IMG/VR virus record: IMGVR_UViG_3300050166_000172
Span: 1 to 52,843 of that record
Origin: a virus
Taxonomy: Duplodnaviria; Caudoviricetes
Strand: one strand, 5' to 3'
DNA: 52,843 bases
Shown: piece by piece, positions 16,686 to 25,922 of the stretch
How positions within the stretch are numbered: position 1 is the stretch's first letter
Layout: each line of letters starts with the position of its first letter
Made by a program: the position numbers and the translations under genes
Notes under the pieces: generated by a model
The model's input: only the letters and a program-made list of their open reading frames with translations
Told to the model about the DNA's origin: nothing
The model's database searches: none

Positions 16686-17999
16686 ATGAAACCGAGAAAT
16701 AAACTTCATCATCGCGTTGTTGATTTAGCAGAAAGTTTATTTGTTATATCAAAACAAGAAAAAGAATGGGCATATCAAAACTGTTTAGAACACAGGGCAT
16801 ATCAAACTAAAACCAGAGTATTATGTTTAGACTGTGGTGATACATTTTCACCTGAATTAGTGAAAAGAAAAAAAGCAGTTTGTCCACATTGTAATACTAA
16901 AGTTGATGTAAAATTATCACTTTGTACAACTGACCGCCAAGTAAACTATTTTGCAATTACTGATATAGTTCAAGAATTTCAAGTAGTTAGAAACTTTGAA
17001 TTAATTGCTTACTACAAAAAAGGAAAACCAGCTAATTATCATCTTCACGAAATTTTGCAGTATTGGATTCAACCAGATTTAAAAGTTACCATGTTTGGAT
17101 TACAACATACAGTAACTGGATATTTTGATTCATGGGGTGGTAATATGGAAATTAGAGAAGAAAATTTAACAAGTTGGTATGGTAAAAAATATGATGTTTA
17201 TGCAAGAAAATATCATCCAAATTCAGTTATAAAATCTGAATATAAAAAATATGGTATAAATTCTAATCTTCAAGAAATTACTTTTTTAGAAGCTATTAAA
17301 CATATTCCGAATCAACCAAAACTCGAAACACTTTTAAAAGCAAAACAATATTTTTTAATAAATGCCCACGTTAACCATAGAGGAAGAAGTGTAAGTTATT
17401 ATTGGGATAGTATTAAAATATGTTTGCGAAATAAGTACAAATTAAAGGACGCTTCAATATGGATGGATTATATTGATCTATTGCGATATTTCAATAAAGA
17501 TTTCCGAAACGCAAAATATGTTTGCCCTAAGAATTTAAATAAAGAGCATGACAGATTAGTTGAAAAAAAGAAAATAATTCAGAAAAAAAGAGAACTTGAA
17601 GATCAAATAAAAAGAGCCAAAATTGATAATGAATTCTTTTTAAAAGAAAAATCAAAATTCTTTGATTTACAATTTACAAACGGACCACTTGTAATTATAC
17701 CATTAAAATCAGTTGAAGAATTTATTGAGGAAGGCGAAAAACTTAAACATTGTGTATTTGCAAACAGATACTTTGCTTAAGAAAATTCATTAGTTCTATC
17801 GGCTCGTATAAACGATAAACCCATTGAAACTATAGAAATTAATTTAAATAAGTTAAAAATAATTCAATCAAGAGGATTGCAAAACCAACCAACAGAACAC
17901 CACGAAGAAATACTTAAAATTTTAAATCAAAATATGCACAAAATTCGAGCAATTATTAATCCAAAAACAAGTAAAACCCATAAAAAATTAGCATCATGA
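16686..17999 (+). pseudogene. PcfJ-like protein interrupted by in-frame TAA at 17778-17780
   Basis: CxxC pairs, W.DY..LL, EG..L.HCV; frame continues ENSLVLSARINDKPIETIE..QSRG..N to TGA 17997-17999. Confidence 0.82.
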
Positions 18000-19114
18000 C
18001 GCACTTTTTTGTTATCGACAGTAAATTACTATCAGAAAAACTACAATTACTATCTGGAGTATTATCCAGCAATTCAAGCCTACCAATTTTAGACAATTTT
18101 CTTTTTAAATCCGAAGGTAAAGAATTAAGAATTACAGCATCGGATTTAGACAATACGATGACAACTAAAATTGAATTAGAACAAGAAAACAATTTTTCAA
18201 TTGCAATACCAGGAAAGATGCTAATTGATTTATTGAAATCATTTGCTCATCAACCTATTAAATTTCATTTTGAGAACAATACAATTGATATTGTTTCTAA
18301 TACTGGAAACTATGCAATTGCCTATTTTGACGGGGAAGAATTTCCTAAATCTCCAGAAGTTACTGAAGCATCATCAACAATAATTTATTCAAAAATTCTT
18401 TTAAACGCGATTAATAAAACCCTTTTTGCTACAGGTAATGACGATATGCGAGTTTTTATGAATGGTGTATGCTTTGATTTTTCAACAGAAAAATGTGTTT
18501 TTGTGGCTACAGATGCACATAAACTTTCAAAGTACACCAGAAACGATATAAAAGCTACTTCTGATGTAAAATTTATAGTGCCAAAAAAACCATTATCAGT
18601 TCTTAAAAATGCATTATCAGCATCGGATAATGAATTAGAAATTTTTTACAACCAAACAAATGCTAAATTTATGTTTGAAGATTATGAATTAAGCTGTAGG
18701 TTAATTGATTCTGCATATCCAAACTATGAGGTAGTGATACCTAAAGAAAATGATAAAAGGGTTGAGATTAGCAGAATTAAATTATTAGCATCGCTAAAAT
18801 GTATTTCTATTTTTTCAAACAAAGCAACAAATCAAGTGAAATTATCATTTAACGGTAATATGCTTAGTTTGTCTGCGGAAGACAAGGATTATTCAAACAA
18901 AGGCGATGAATCTTTAACTTGTAATTACACCGGTGAAGATTTAAAAATTGGTTTTAATTCGAAATACCTAATTGAAATTTTAAGTAATTTGAATAGTGAA
19001 GAAATAAGCATCGATTTATCGCAACCTAATCGAGCTGGTATTATTATACCTATTGATGCATCAGAAACTGAAGAAGAAACGCTAATGTTGGCAATGCCAG
19101 TAATTTTGAATTAA
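17996..19114 (+). CDS. dnaN: DNA polymerase III beta sliding clamp
   Basis: LPILDNFLF, ASDL, VATDAHKL, YPNY..VIP, IGFN..YL, L.MPV motifs; 372 aa. Confidence 0.93.
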   Translation: MTHFFVIDSKLLSEKLQLLSGVLSSNSSLPILDNFLFKSEGKELRITASDLDNTMTTKIELEQENNFSIAIPGKMLIDLLKSFAHQPIKFHFENNTIDIVSNTGNYAIAYFDGEEFPKSPEVTEASSTIIYSKILLNAINKTLFATGNDDMRVFMNGVCFDFSTEKCVFVATDAHKLSKYTRNDIKATSDVKFIVPKKPLSVLKNALSASDNELEIFYNQTNAKFMFEDYELSCRLIDSAYPNYEVVIPKENDKRVEISRIKLLASLKCISIFSNKATNQVKLSFNGNMLSLSAEDKDYSNKGDESLTCNYTGEDLKIGFNSKYLIEILSNLNSEEISIDLSQPNRAGIIIPIDASETEEETLMLAMPVILN

Positions 19115-19115
19115 A

Positions 19116-19352
19116 ATGACACTTCCATTTGTAGAAGACCTTTACTTCTACTCTAGAGAAAATAGCACTTTAATAGCAATTAAAACCAACGGAGAAAAAA
19201 TTCCGTTGGTTAAATTCAAACAAAAATTTATCGATATTTCTATTGTTGGAGGTTCTATTTATGATTACATGATATCATATATGGAAACATTCCCAGAATT
19301 ATGCGAAATAATTTATCCACCAAAAAATAACAAACAATTAGAACTTTTTTAA
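19116..19352 (+). CDS. Hypothetical protein ending in clamp-binding-like motif QLELF
   Basis: ORF directly after dnaN. Confidence 0.6.
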   Translation: MTLPFVEDLYFYSRENSTLIAIKTNGEKIPLVKFKQKFIDISIVGGSIYDYMISYMETFPELCEIIYPPKNNKQLELF

Positions 19353-19363
19353 AATTAAATAAA

Positions 19364-19663
19364 ATGGCAAGTATTAAAGGAACTCCAGGACCTTGGAAAA
19401 TAAAACATTCAGAAAGCAAAAAAGCTTTCAATATTGTATCTGTAAAATTAGGATCGAAATACAAAATAGCGAGAATTCCTTATGAATGTGAAGGAGATTT
19501 AAAATTAGAATCGGCTTCAGATGCCAAAATTATTGCAGCAGCTCCAGAATTATTGGAAGCATTAAACCAAATAGCACAATTTAGTGATATAGGAAATGAT
19601 TTTAAAGCAATAGTTAGAATGAAATCAATTGCGGTAGATGCAATAAAAAAAGCAAGGGAGTAA
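19364..19663 (+). CDS. Phage hypothetical protein (TPGPW...AAAPELLEAL family)
   Basis: Characteristic motifs. Confidence 0.75.
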   Translation: MASIKGTPGPWKIKHSESKKAFNIVSVKLGSKYKIARIPYECEGDLKLESASDAKIIAAAPELLEALNQIAQFSDIGNDFKAIVRMKSIAVDAIKKARE

Positions 19664-19682
19664 TAATAAACTTTTAAAAAAA

Positions 19683-20240
19683 ATGAGCAAAATTTTAATA
19701 TTAGATATAGAAACAACAGGTTTCCTACAGAAGGGTGGTAAAATTGTTGAAATCGGAATTGTAGAACTTGACCTTTCAAACGGAAATAGACAAATCATTT
19801 TCGATAGAGTATGTTGGGAAACTGGAATTACCAAAGAAGAAGTTGAGAAATCATGGATTGTACAAAATTCAGATTTAACACTTGAAGCAATTAGAACCTC
19901 AACAAACTTGCAAGTTCTAAAGCCAGAAATTCAGGAAATTTTAAATAAATATCCTATAGGATCAACAGCATTTAACAATGCTTTTGATTTTGGCTTTATG
20001 GAACACAGAGGTTTTGTATTTCCTAAAAAACTGCCTTGTCCGATGAAGCTTTCAACGGATATATGCAAACTTCCAAAAGCAAATGGTTATGGTCATAAGT
20101 GGCCAAAAGTTGAAGAAGCGCATAAGCACTTTTTTGGTGATGTTGGTTATGTTGAAAAACATAGAGGCGCTGATGATGCTTTTTATGAAGCGGAGATTGT
20201 TTATGAATTATATAAAATTGGAGTTTTTAAAATCGATTAA
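19683..20240 (+). CDS. DEDDh 3'-5' exonuclease (DnaQ-like)
   Basis: LDIETTG, FN..FD, HRG.DD motifs. Confidence 0.9.
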   Translation: MSKILILDIETTGFLQKGGKIVEIGIVELDLSNGNRQIIFDRVCWETGITKEEVEKSWIVQNSDLTLEAIRTSTNLQVLKPEIQEILNKYPIGSTAFNNAFDFGFMEHRGFVFPKKLPCPMKLSTDICKLPKANGYGHKWPKVEEAHKHFFGDVGYVEKHRGADDAFYEAEIVYELYKIGVFKID

Positions 20241-20242
20241 TT

Positions 20243-20785
20243 ATGAAACATAAATTTAGAGTAATACCAAAAGAAGAAGTATTAGCGAACAGAAGTAATG
20301 CTTATGAGTTTATTGATTTTAATAAAAAAAATATGAAACTAATATCAATGACTGATTTTGTATTGGAGCAAGAAAAAGGTTTAGAAAACATATTGCATGA
20401 AAGATTACCAATGATTAAATTATCAAGTTCTTATGACAAAATTCTTAAATATGCAAACTTTCTAAAACAACCATTAAAACTTGAAATGTTTGTGCCGTGT
20501 GATGCGGATGGTAATGTTTTAGAGAAACCTGAAGAACATTTCCCAACTGGAAATAATAATTTAGAAGAGCAAATATTTGCAAAACAAAAGCAATATCAAA
20601 AAGCAAAAGAAAAAGTTTTGTTTGAGGGATGGTTTATTCATTTTGAAGATTGTGTATTTAAACTTAAAGATGGCTGTTTTTCAATAATAGATTTAGATTC
20701 AAATTACACAATTGAAGATTTTTGTGAAAACGAAGAAGAATCAAGAATACTTACGCAAAACGCAATTAAACAATTAGGTTTATGA
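20243..20785 (+). CDS. Hypothetical phage protein
   Basis: YANFLKQPL.LEMFVPCD motif; alternative start near 20333. Confidence 0.65.
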   Translation: MKHKFRVIPKEEVLANRSNAYEFIDFNKKNMKLISMTDFVLEQEKGLENILHERLPMIKLSSSYDKILKYANFLKQPLKLEMFVPCDADGNVLEKPEEHFPTGNNNLEEQIFAKQKQYQKAKEKVLFEGWFIHFEDCVFKLKDGCFSIIDLDSNYTIEDFCENEEESRILTQNAIKQLGL

Positions 20786-20957
20786 AACTGACATAGGTAC
20801 TTTTTTAGCAATAATCGGAATAATTATGATTTTATTAGGGAAACAATTTAAAAAGAAATAAGATATGAATGAACTTTTAGTACCAACAGTAATTATAACT
20901 TACTTTATACTAGTTATTATAATTGGAGAATTATTAAACAATAAAAACAAATAAGAT

Positions 20958-21227
20958 ATGAAAGTATTTAAATTTAACCACGATGGTTATGATTATGCAT
21001 TTTTTGCTAAAACAGAAGAATTAGCAATAGCGGAATTTAAACAAACTATTGCTGATGAAGATTTTTCTTTTAAAGAAATTCCACAATCAGAATGGGATAA
21101 AAAAACAATTGAAGTTTTTGAAGATAATCAATTTGATAAAAAGTCTTACAAAGTATCTATATCAGATTTAATTTGTGGAGATGAACCTCAAATGATTTAC
21201 ACAAATGATTATTCAATTATAGATTAA
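20958..21227 (+). CDS. Hypothetical protein
   Basis: ORF in small-gene cluster. Confidence 0.6.
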   Translation: MKVFKFNHDGYDYAFFAKTEELAIAEFKQTIADEDFSFKEIPQSEWDKKTIEVFEDNQFDKKSYKVSISDLICGDEPQMIYTNDYSIID

Positions 21228-21232
21228 GTATT

Positions 21233-21544
21233 ATGAGTAAAGAAATTCTATTAGTTTGGCAAGGTACAAACGAAAAATCATCGGGTACGATTACAGAAAC
21301 AGATGATATGATTGTTGTTTATTTAGACAATAAATCAAAATGGGAACAAATGGAAAAAGACATTGAAGCTTATAAAAACAGAATTAAAGTTTTAAAAAAC
21401 TTAAACACAAAATATCGTGAAAAACTTGGAATTTCAAATGAACCTATTGACGCTATTAATGCGGTTAATGAATGTACTCACGAAAATATACAAATGAAGT
21501 TAAGCGGAATTTGGAAATGCAAATGTGGTTATACTCATTACTAA
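21233..21544 (+). CDS. Hypothetical protein with C-terminal Cys/His motif
   Basis: CTH...WKCKCG. Confidence 0.6.
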   Translation: MSKEILLVWQGTNEKSSGTITETDDMIVVYLDNKSKWEQMEKDIEAYKNRIKVLKNLNTKYREKLGISNEPIDAINAVNECTHENIQMKLSGIWKCKCGYTHY

Positions 21545-21562
21545 ATAATTTAAACTAAAATT

Positions 21563-21955
21563 ATGGGAAATTTAAAAGCACAAGAATTAAGAATTGGAAA
21601 TTTAGTTGAATATCGTATGGAAGACGATTTAGACTCTAGAAAAGAATGGTGGGCAGTAACAGCAATAGATAGTGAAGATATTAATTGGTTAGAAAAAGAA
21701 GAACCAGAAACAATTGATTATAGACCAATCCCACTAACCGAAGAATGGTTATTGAAGTTTGGGTTTGAAGAAGATGAAACTTATGTAAGTGAAGAAAATC
21801 CTTTTTTAGATTATATTAACGGTAACGTAAGAATTTCGATGCCATATTTTTCATTTGAATATTGTGATGGTGGAATTAAGGAATTGAAATACGTACACCA
21901 AATTCAAAACCTATACTTCGCATTAACTGGAACTGAATTAGAAATCAAAAAATAA
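21563..21955 (+). CDS. Phage hypothetical protein (ELRIGN..PIPLTEEWLLKFGF family)
   Basis: Characteristic Bacteroidetes phage motifs, YVHQ.QNLYFALTG. Confidence 0.78.
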   Translation: MGNLKAQELRIGNLVEYRMEDDLDSRKEWWAVTAIDSEDINWLEKEEPETIDYRPIPLTEEWLLKFGFEEDETYVSEENPFLDYINGNVRISMPYFSFEYCDGGIKELKYVHQIQNLYFALTGTELEIKK

Positions 21956-21959
21956 TAAA

Positions 21960-22184
21960 ATGCTTATAAACTATTACCGACCAAAAATAACTCCTTTAGC
22001 AAAAAATGGTTCGCTAAAATATGGAGTAACTCTAAAAACAGAAGTATGGACCAGCCAACTAACAAATAAAATGAAAGTTGAAATTCATTGCGAAACAGAA
22101 GAAATTGCAAATCAAAAGCTAAAAAACTTCATTACCCATAAAAATTTTATGCATGAGTGGCCAGAAGATAATCTTAAAAAATAA
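21960..22184 (+). CDS. Hypothetical protein
   Basis: ORF in cluster. Confidence 0.5.
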   Translation: MLINYYRPKITPLAKNGSLKYGVTLKTEVWTSQLTNKMKVEIHCETEEIANQKLKNFITHKNFMHEWPEDNLKK

Positions 22185-22190
22185 AAAATC

Positions 22191-22547
22191 ATGAATAGAG
22201 AAATAAAATTTAGAGCTTATCAAAAATCAAAGGACTTTATGTATGAAGTTCTAAACATCAATCTTGAAGGATACAATAATGCCTTACGAGAAGTAAAGCT
22301 ATCAAATGGTACAATTATCAGAAGCGACAAGTTAGGCGATATAGTTCTAATGCAATTCACAGGACTTAAAGACAAAAATGGAGTTGAAATTTATGAAGGA
22401 GATATATTATACATTTCTGGAGAAGGAAAAGTAAAAGTTAAGTTTCCTTTTTTTGATTTGTACGAAAGAGTTTATTGTGGCGATTCTGATGATATTGAAA
22501 ATATAATCGGCAACATATACCAAAACCCAGAACTTTTAAATCATTAA
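22191..22547 (+). CDS. YopX-family protein
   Basis: REIKFRA, MQFTGLKDKNGVEIYEGDI, IGNIYQNPELL. Confidence 0.9.
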   Translation: MNREIKFRAYQKSKDFMYEVLNINLEGYNNALREVKLSNGTIIRSDKLGDIVLMQFTGLKDKNGVEIYEGDILYISGEGKVKVKFPFFDLYERVYCGDSDDIENIIGNIYQNPELLNH

Positions 22548-22549
22548 CC

Positions 22550-22957
22550 ATGTCCCAAAAAGCAGAATCTTATTTAGACGAGTCAGGCAAAAACTGGCTC
22601 GTTTTTTATGACCGAGACGGAGATAAAGAATATGATACCTGGACCACAAACCAACCTCACAACGAATTTACACACGAATTTAAAATTGAAAATGAAAAAG
22701 CAGTTGTGTATGTAAATTTTGAAATAAGAAAATTTCCTAACGGAAAGTATGGTTACGGTTACAACACTAATATTTTCTACAATGACTTTGAGAAATGTTT
22801 TACATGCATTAACAGATCATTCGATACAGAACTTGAGGCGCTGCAACATTGTTGGAATAAAATTAAAGAAGGACAAAAAAGCGGATCAAGTAGGCAACTA
22901 GCAGAAAAACTAATCGATAAAATTAACCAGGACTTGGTTCCACAATCATTATTTTAA
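22550..22957 (+). CDS. Hypothetical protein
   Basis: ORF ending PQSLF. Confidence 0.6.
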   Translation: MSQKAESYLDESGKNWLVFYDRDGDKEYDTWTTNQPHNEFTHEFKIENEKAVVYVNFEIRKFPNGKYGYGYNTNIFYNDFEKCFTCINRSFDTELEALQHCWNKIKEGQKSGSSRQLAEKLIDKINQDLVPQSLF

Positions 22958-22958
22958 G

Positions 22959-23402
22959 ATGAAAGCATTTGAAAGGTATTATTCACTTTGGAACAAAAAA
23001 GAAGAATATACAGATGAGGAATTTAATTTTCTTAAAAAATATATTAAGAATAAAAAATTCACTGTTACTTATGGGTTCTACAATAAAGAAAGTTCACAAA
23101 AAAAACAAATTGCATTGATTATAAATACTAATCCATTTATGACACGTAGAACAGGTTTTGAAAATAATTGGCAATATATTGAAACTCGTGAAATTACAAG
23201 TTTAGAAATTGAAGAATACATAAATTTTTATTTAAGATCTCAATATAAAAGATTTTTAGTCTTTTACTACAATAACATAGATAAACTAATACATGATGAT
23301 AAAAAGCTTAATGCTATAACACCTGATATTTTTATTGAAAAATGTAGAAAAAAAGGATATTCGGGAACTTTTCAATTAAAAATGGATTACAATTTTTTAT
23401 AA
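22959..23402 (+). CDS. Hypothetical protein
   Basis: ORF in cluster. Confidence 0.6.
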   Translation: MKAFERYYSLWNKKEEYTDEEFNFLKKYIKNKKFTVTYGFYNKESSQKKQIALIINTNPFMTRRTGFENNWQYIETREITSLEIEEYINFYLRSQYKRFLVFYYNNIDKLIHDDKKLNAITPDIFIEKCRKKGYSGTFQLKMDYNFL

Positions 23403-23436
23403 AAAATGAGCACAAGAATTTAAAAACAAATTATAT

Positions 23437-23832
23437 ATGGAAAATCAAAAATTAAAAAAAGGTCAAAAAGTTTATTTTATTGGGGAAAAAGCACCAATGA
23501 TTGTAAATGAAATTAATGAAAACTTTGCAATTTGTACAAGGGATTTGCATAGATGGTATGATGCTAATATAATAAAATATGAAGCAAAAGAAAATTTTTC
23601 ATCATTTACTGAAACATACAAAAAACTAAAAAACAGTATTGTGTATACTATTTTAGATTTTAAAAACAATGTTAAAGGAACTCATAATTCTTGGGGTTAC
23701 GGAATTGAAAGAAAAACTTTGAAAAAAGATTGTAAAGAAATATTAAAAGCTTTAGAGTCAGATGAGATTGAAATTTCAAGAAGAAATTTTGTTCAATTGA
23801 ATATCGATTTCGAACGTACTTCAAATCAATAA
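23437..23832 (+). CDS. Hypothetical protein
   Basis: ORF in cluster. Confidence 0.6.
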   Translation: MENQKLKKGQKVYFIGEKAPMIVNEINENFAICTRDLHRWYDANIIKYEAKENFSSFTETYKKLKNSIVYTILDFKNNVKGTHNSWGYGIERKTLKKDCKEILKALESDEIEISRRNFVQLNIDFERTSNQ

Positions 23833-23833
23833 T

Positions 23834-23966
23834 GTTTAACGTTTTGCATATAAATGATCTAGCGTTTTAGAGAGCCTAAAGTATCGGTTTATGACTTAAC
23901 AAACCAAACACAAAATTAACATTAAATAACTCCCGAAGTAGCTATATTTTTTATATGCTGTTATCA
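23834..23966 (+). repeat. attC-like imperfect inverted repeat
   Basis: GTTTAAC..GCATATAAA ... TTTATATGC.GTTATCA immediately after a stop codon. Confidence 0.5.
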
Positions 23967-23988
23967 ATTCGGCTTAATTCACACAAAA

Positions 23989-24462
23989 ATGAACAAATAT
24001 CTATTTAAAAAAATTGAACAAGCAAATTCTGCTTATTTTGAAAACTTAATCTTTATAGCAAATGAAGTTTGTAGAGAAAGACAATCAGAAGCATTTGAAG
24101 AATTTACAGAATTAGAACCTATTGAAATTGCAAAGGTTTTAGGTTGGAACACAAAAGACACAACTTTGAAAATGATTAAAGAAAGTATTAAAGAAAAAGA
24201 ATTTGCAACTACATTATTGCAATATGATTTAACTGGATTTATTGCTGAATGTCATTTACCACATCATTCAAGATTTATGTTTAATGATGGCGAAGAACGT
24301 CCTTGGGGTTCATCAGTTCATTTAGGTTCTTTAAGAGTTGCTTGGGTTTATGCTGAATCAATTGGCGAACTTGTAGAAAAACTTGAAGAACTTGCTGAAA
24401 ATTTCTATGTTGAATCCTATGAAAAAGAACGTTCAGAGTTATCTACGGCAAAATCTGAGTGA
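23989..24462 (+). CDS. Hypothetical protein (cassette-like)
   Basis: Flanked by GTTATCA (23960) and TGATAAC (24460). Confidence 0.7.
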   Translation: MNKYLFKKIEQANSAYFENLIFIANEVCRERQSEAFEEFTELEPIEIAKVLGWNTKDTTLKMIKESIKEKEFATTLLQYDLTGFIAECHLPHHSRFMFNDGEERPWGSSVHLGSLRVAWVYAESIGELVEKLEELAENFYVESYEKERSELSTAKSE

Positions 24463-24578
24463 TAACAGCCTAATTGGAAATTGTTTTAATGTCGCCAATC
24501 ATTTGTTAGAATTCCCTTGATACTTCCAAAATGTCAACCCAATATTGCTCTATAATTAATAACTAAAAAATCAATATT

Positions 24579-24788
24579 ATGGCATTACTTTTATTTACAC
24601 CAAGAACCACAATTGAAGCAAACATTTTTCAATTTAGATTAGATCAATCACCTTTTCACGCAGAATGGAATATTAGAACCGGTGCATATGAATTTCAAGA
24701 AGAAGAAGAAAATATAGACGAATTAGAAGAAATCATCGCTAATTCAATTGCATACGATATTAACGGTAGATTCGAACTTCAAAACTAA
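24579..24788 (+). CDS. Hypothetical protein
   Basis: Small acidic ORF. Confidence 0.55.
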   Translation: MALLLFTPRTTIEANIFQFRLDQSPFHAEWNIRTGAYEFQEEEENIDELEEIIANSIAYDINGRFELQN

Positions 24789-24794
24789 TTCAAA

Positions 24795-24983
24795 ATGAAA
24801 AACATATTAAATAAAACAGTAAAAATCGACAATTTTTTAACTTTTGACCCTTTAAACAAACAAGGGGAAAATGGAAAAGTTATAAAGGTAAATGAAATTG
24901 ACGAAGAAAATGCAGATGTAACAATTCTATTTGAAGACGGAAGCAAAGGAATGTATCAACTTGGAACCTTTGAAATTTTATAA
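24795..24983 (+). CDS. Hypothetical protein (SH3-like beta pattern)
   Basis: GENGKVI..VTILFEDG. Confidence 0.5.
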   Translation: MKNILNKTVKIDNFLTFDPLNKQGENGKVIKVNEIDEENADVTILFEDGSKGMYQLGTFEIL

Positions 24984-25059
24984 CTATGTTCAAATTCTGT
25001 AAAAGATGCGTAGCAATGCGCATCTTTAAATTTAATAAATGTATAACCTGTAAAAAAAA

Positions 25060-25701
25060 ATGAATACCTACACAAAATACACAACCAACGTATTCTTGGC
25101 TAAATCCCAGTATCTATACCAAAAAGGAGATACTATTATAGTTCACACAAAATACGGCAAAGAAAACGAATATATTGTTTTCAATCTTGTTTTAAAGAAA
25201 GAAGAATTCTATTATTATTCAATAGTTAGAGCCGATGGTTTTAATGTTCAAGAATTTGCAAAACAAAAAGCAGCACGTTATCAGCAATGGGCAAATGCTC
25301 GAGAAAAAAAATCAGATGAATATTACCAGGCATCACAAGAAGGTAAAGATTTTCTTGTATTAGCCGAACCAATAAAAATTGGACATCATTCTGAAAAAAG
25401 ACATCGAGCGCTAATTGATAGAAATTGGAACAGAATGGAAAAGTCTGTTGAAAATAGTAAAGTCGCAAAAGAACACGAAAGCAAAGCCGATTATTGGGAG
25501 AAGAAAGCAAACACAATAAATCTATCAATGCCTGAAAGTCTTGAATACTTCGAATATAAGTTTGAAGCTGCAAAAGAATATCACGAAGGATTGAAGTCTG
25601 GAAAGTACGAAAGAAGACACTCCTACTCGCTTACTTACGCTAAAAAAGCAGTAAATGAAGCACAAAAGAAATTAGAAACTGCTAAAAAATTATGGTCGTA
25701 A
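25060..25701 (+). CDS. DUF3560-family protein
   Basis: EPIKIGHHSEKRHR motif. Confidence 0.85.
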   Translation: MNTYTKYTTNVFLAKSQYLYQKGDTIIVHTKYGKENEYIVFNLVLKKEEFYYYSIVRADGFNVQEFAKQKAARYQQWANAREKKSDEYYQASQEGKDFLVLAEPIKIGHHSEKRHRALIDRNWNRMEKSVENSKVAKEHESKADYWEKKANTINLSMPESLEYFEYKFEAAKEYHEGLKSGKYERRHSYSLTYAKKAVNEAQKKLETAKKLWS

Positions 25702-25812
25702 TCCAATATTAGCTACATAAACATTTTTAAAGTAAAATAATGTAGTCAATTATAACAAGGATTAAATCGGTTACAATCAATCAATAATAGTCTAAAAATC
25801 AAATACTTATAT

Positions 25813-25841
25813 AAAGCCACTCTAACAAAGTGGCTTTTTTT
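25813..25841 (+). terminator. Rho-independent terminator ending early/middle region
   Basis: AAAGCCACT-N7-AGTGGCTTT followed by T run. Confidence 0.8.
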
Positions 25842-25922
25842 GTGTTGTAATTTTTGCAATTATCTTGTAAAATTTACTATTTTTGTTGCACAATGTAACC
25901 AAAAAAAAATAATATTTTTTTT

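Noticed and set aside
17778-17780. Stop-codon reassignment explaining the PcfJ internal stop
   Set aside because: TAA terminates most genes in the window, no other gene is similarly split, and no suppressor tRNA is evident.
20856-20962. 14-bp direct repeat AAATAAGATATGAA flanking a 29-aa TM ORF
   Set aside because: Likely just a stop/start junction similarity in AT-rich DNA; too weak to call a mobile unit.
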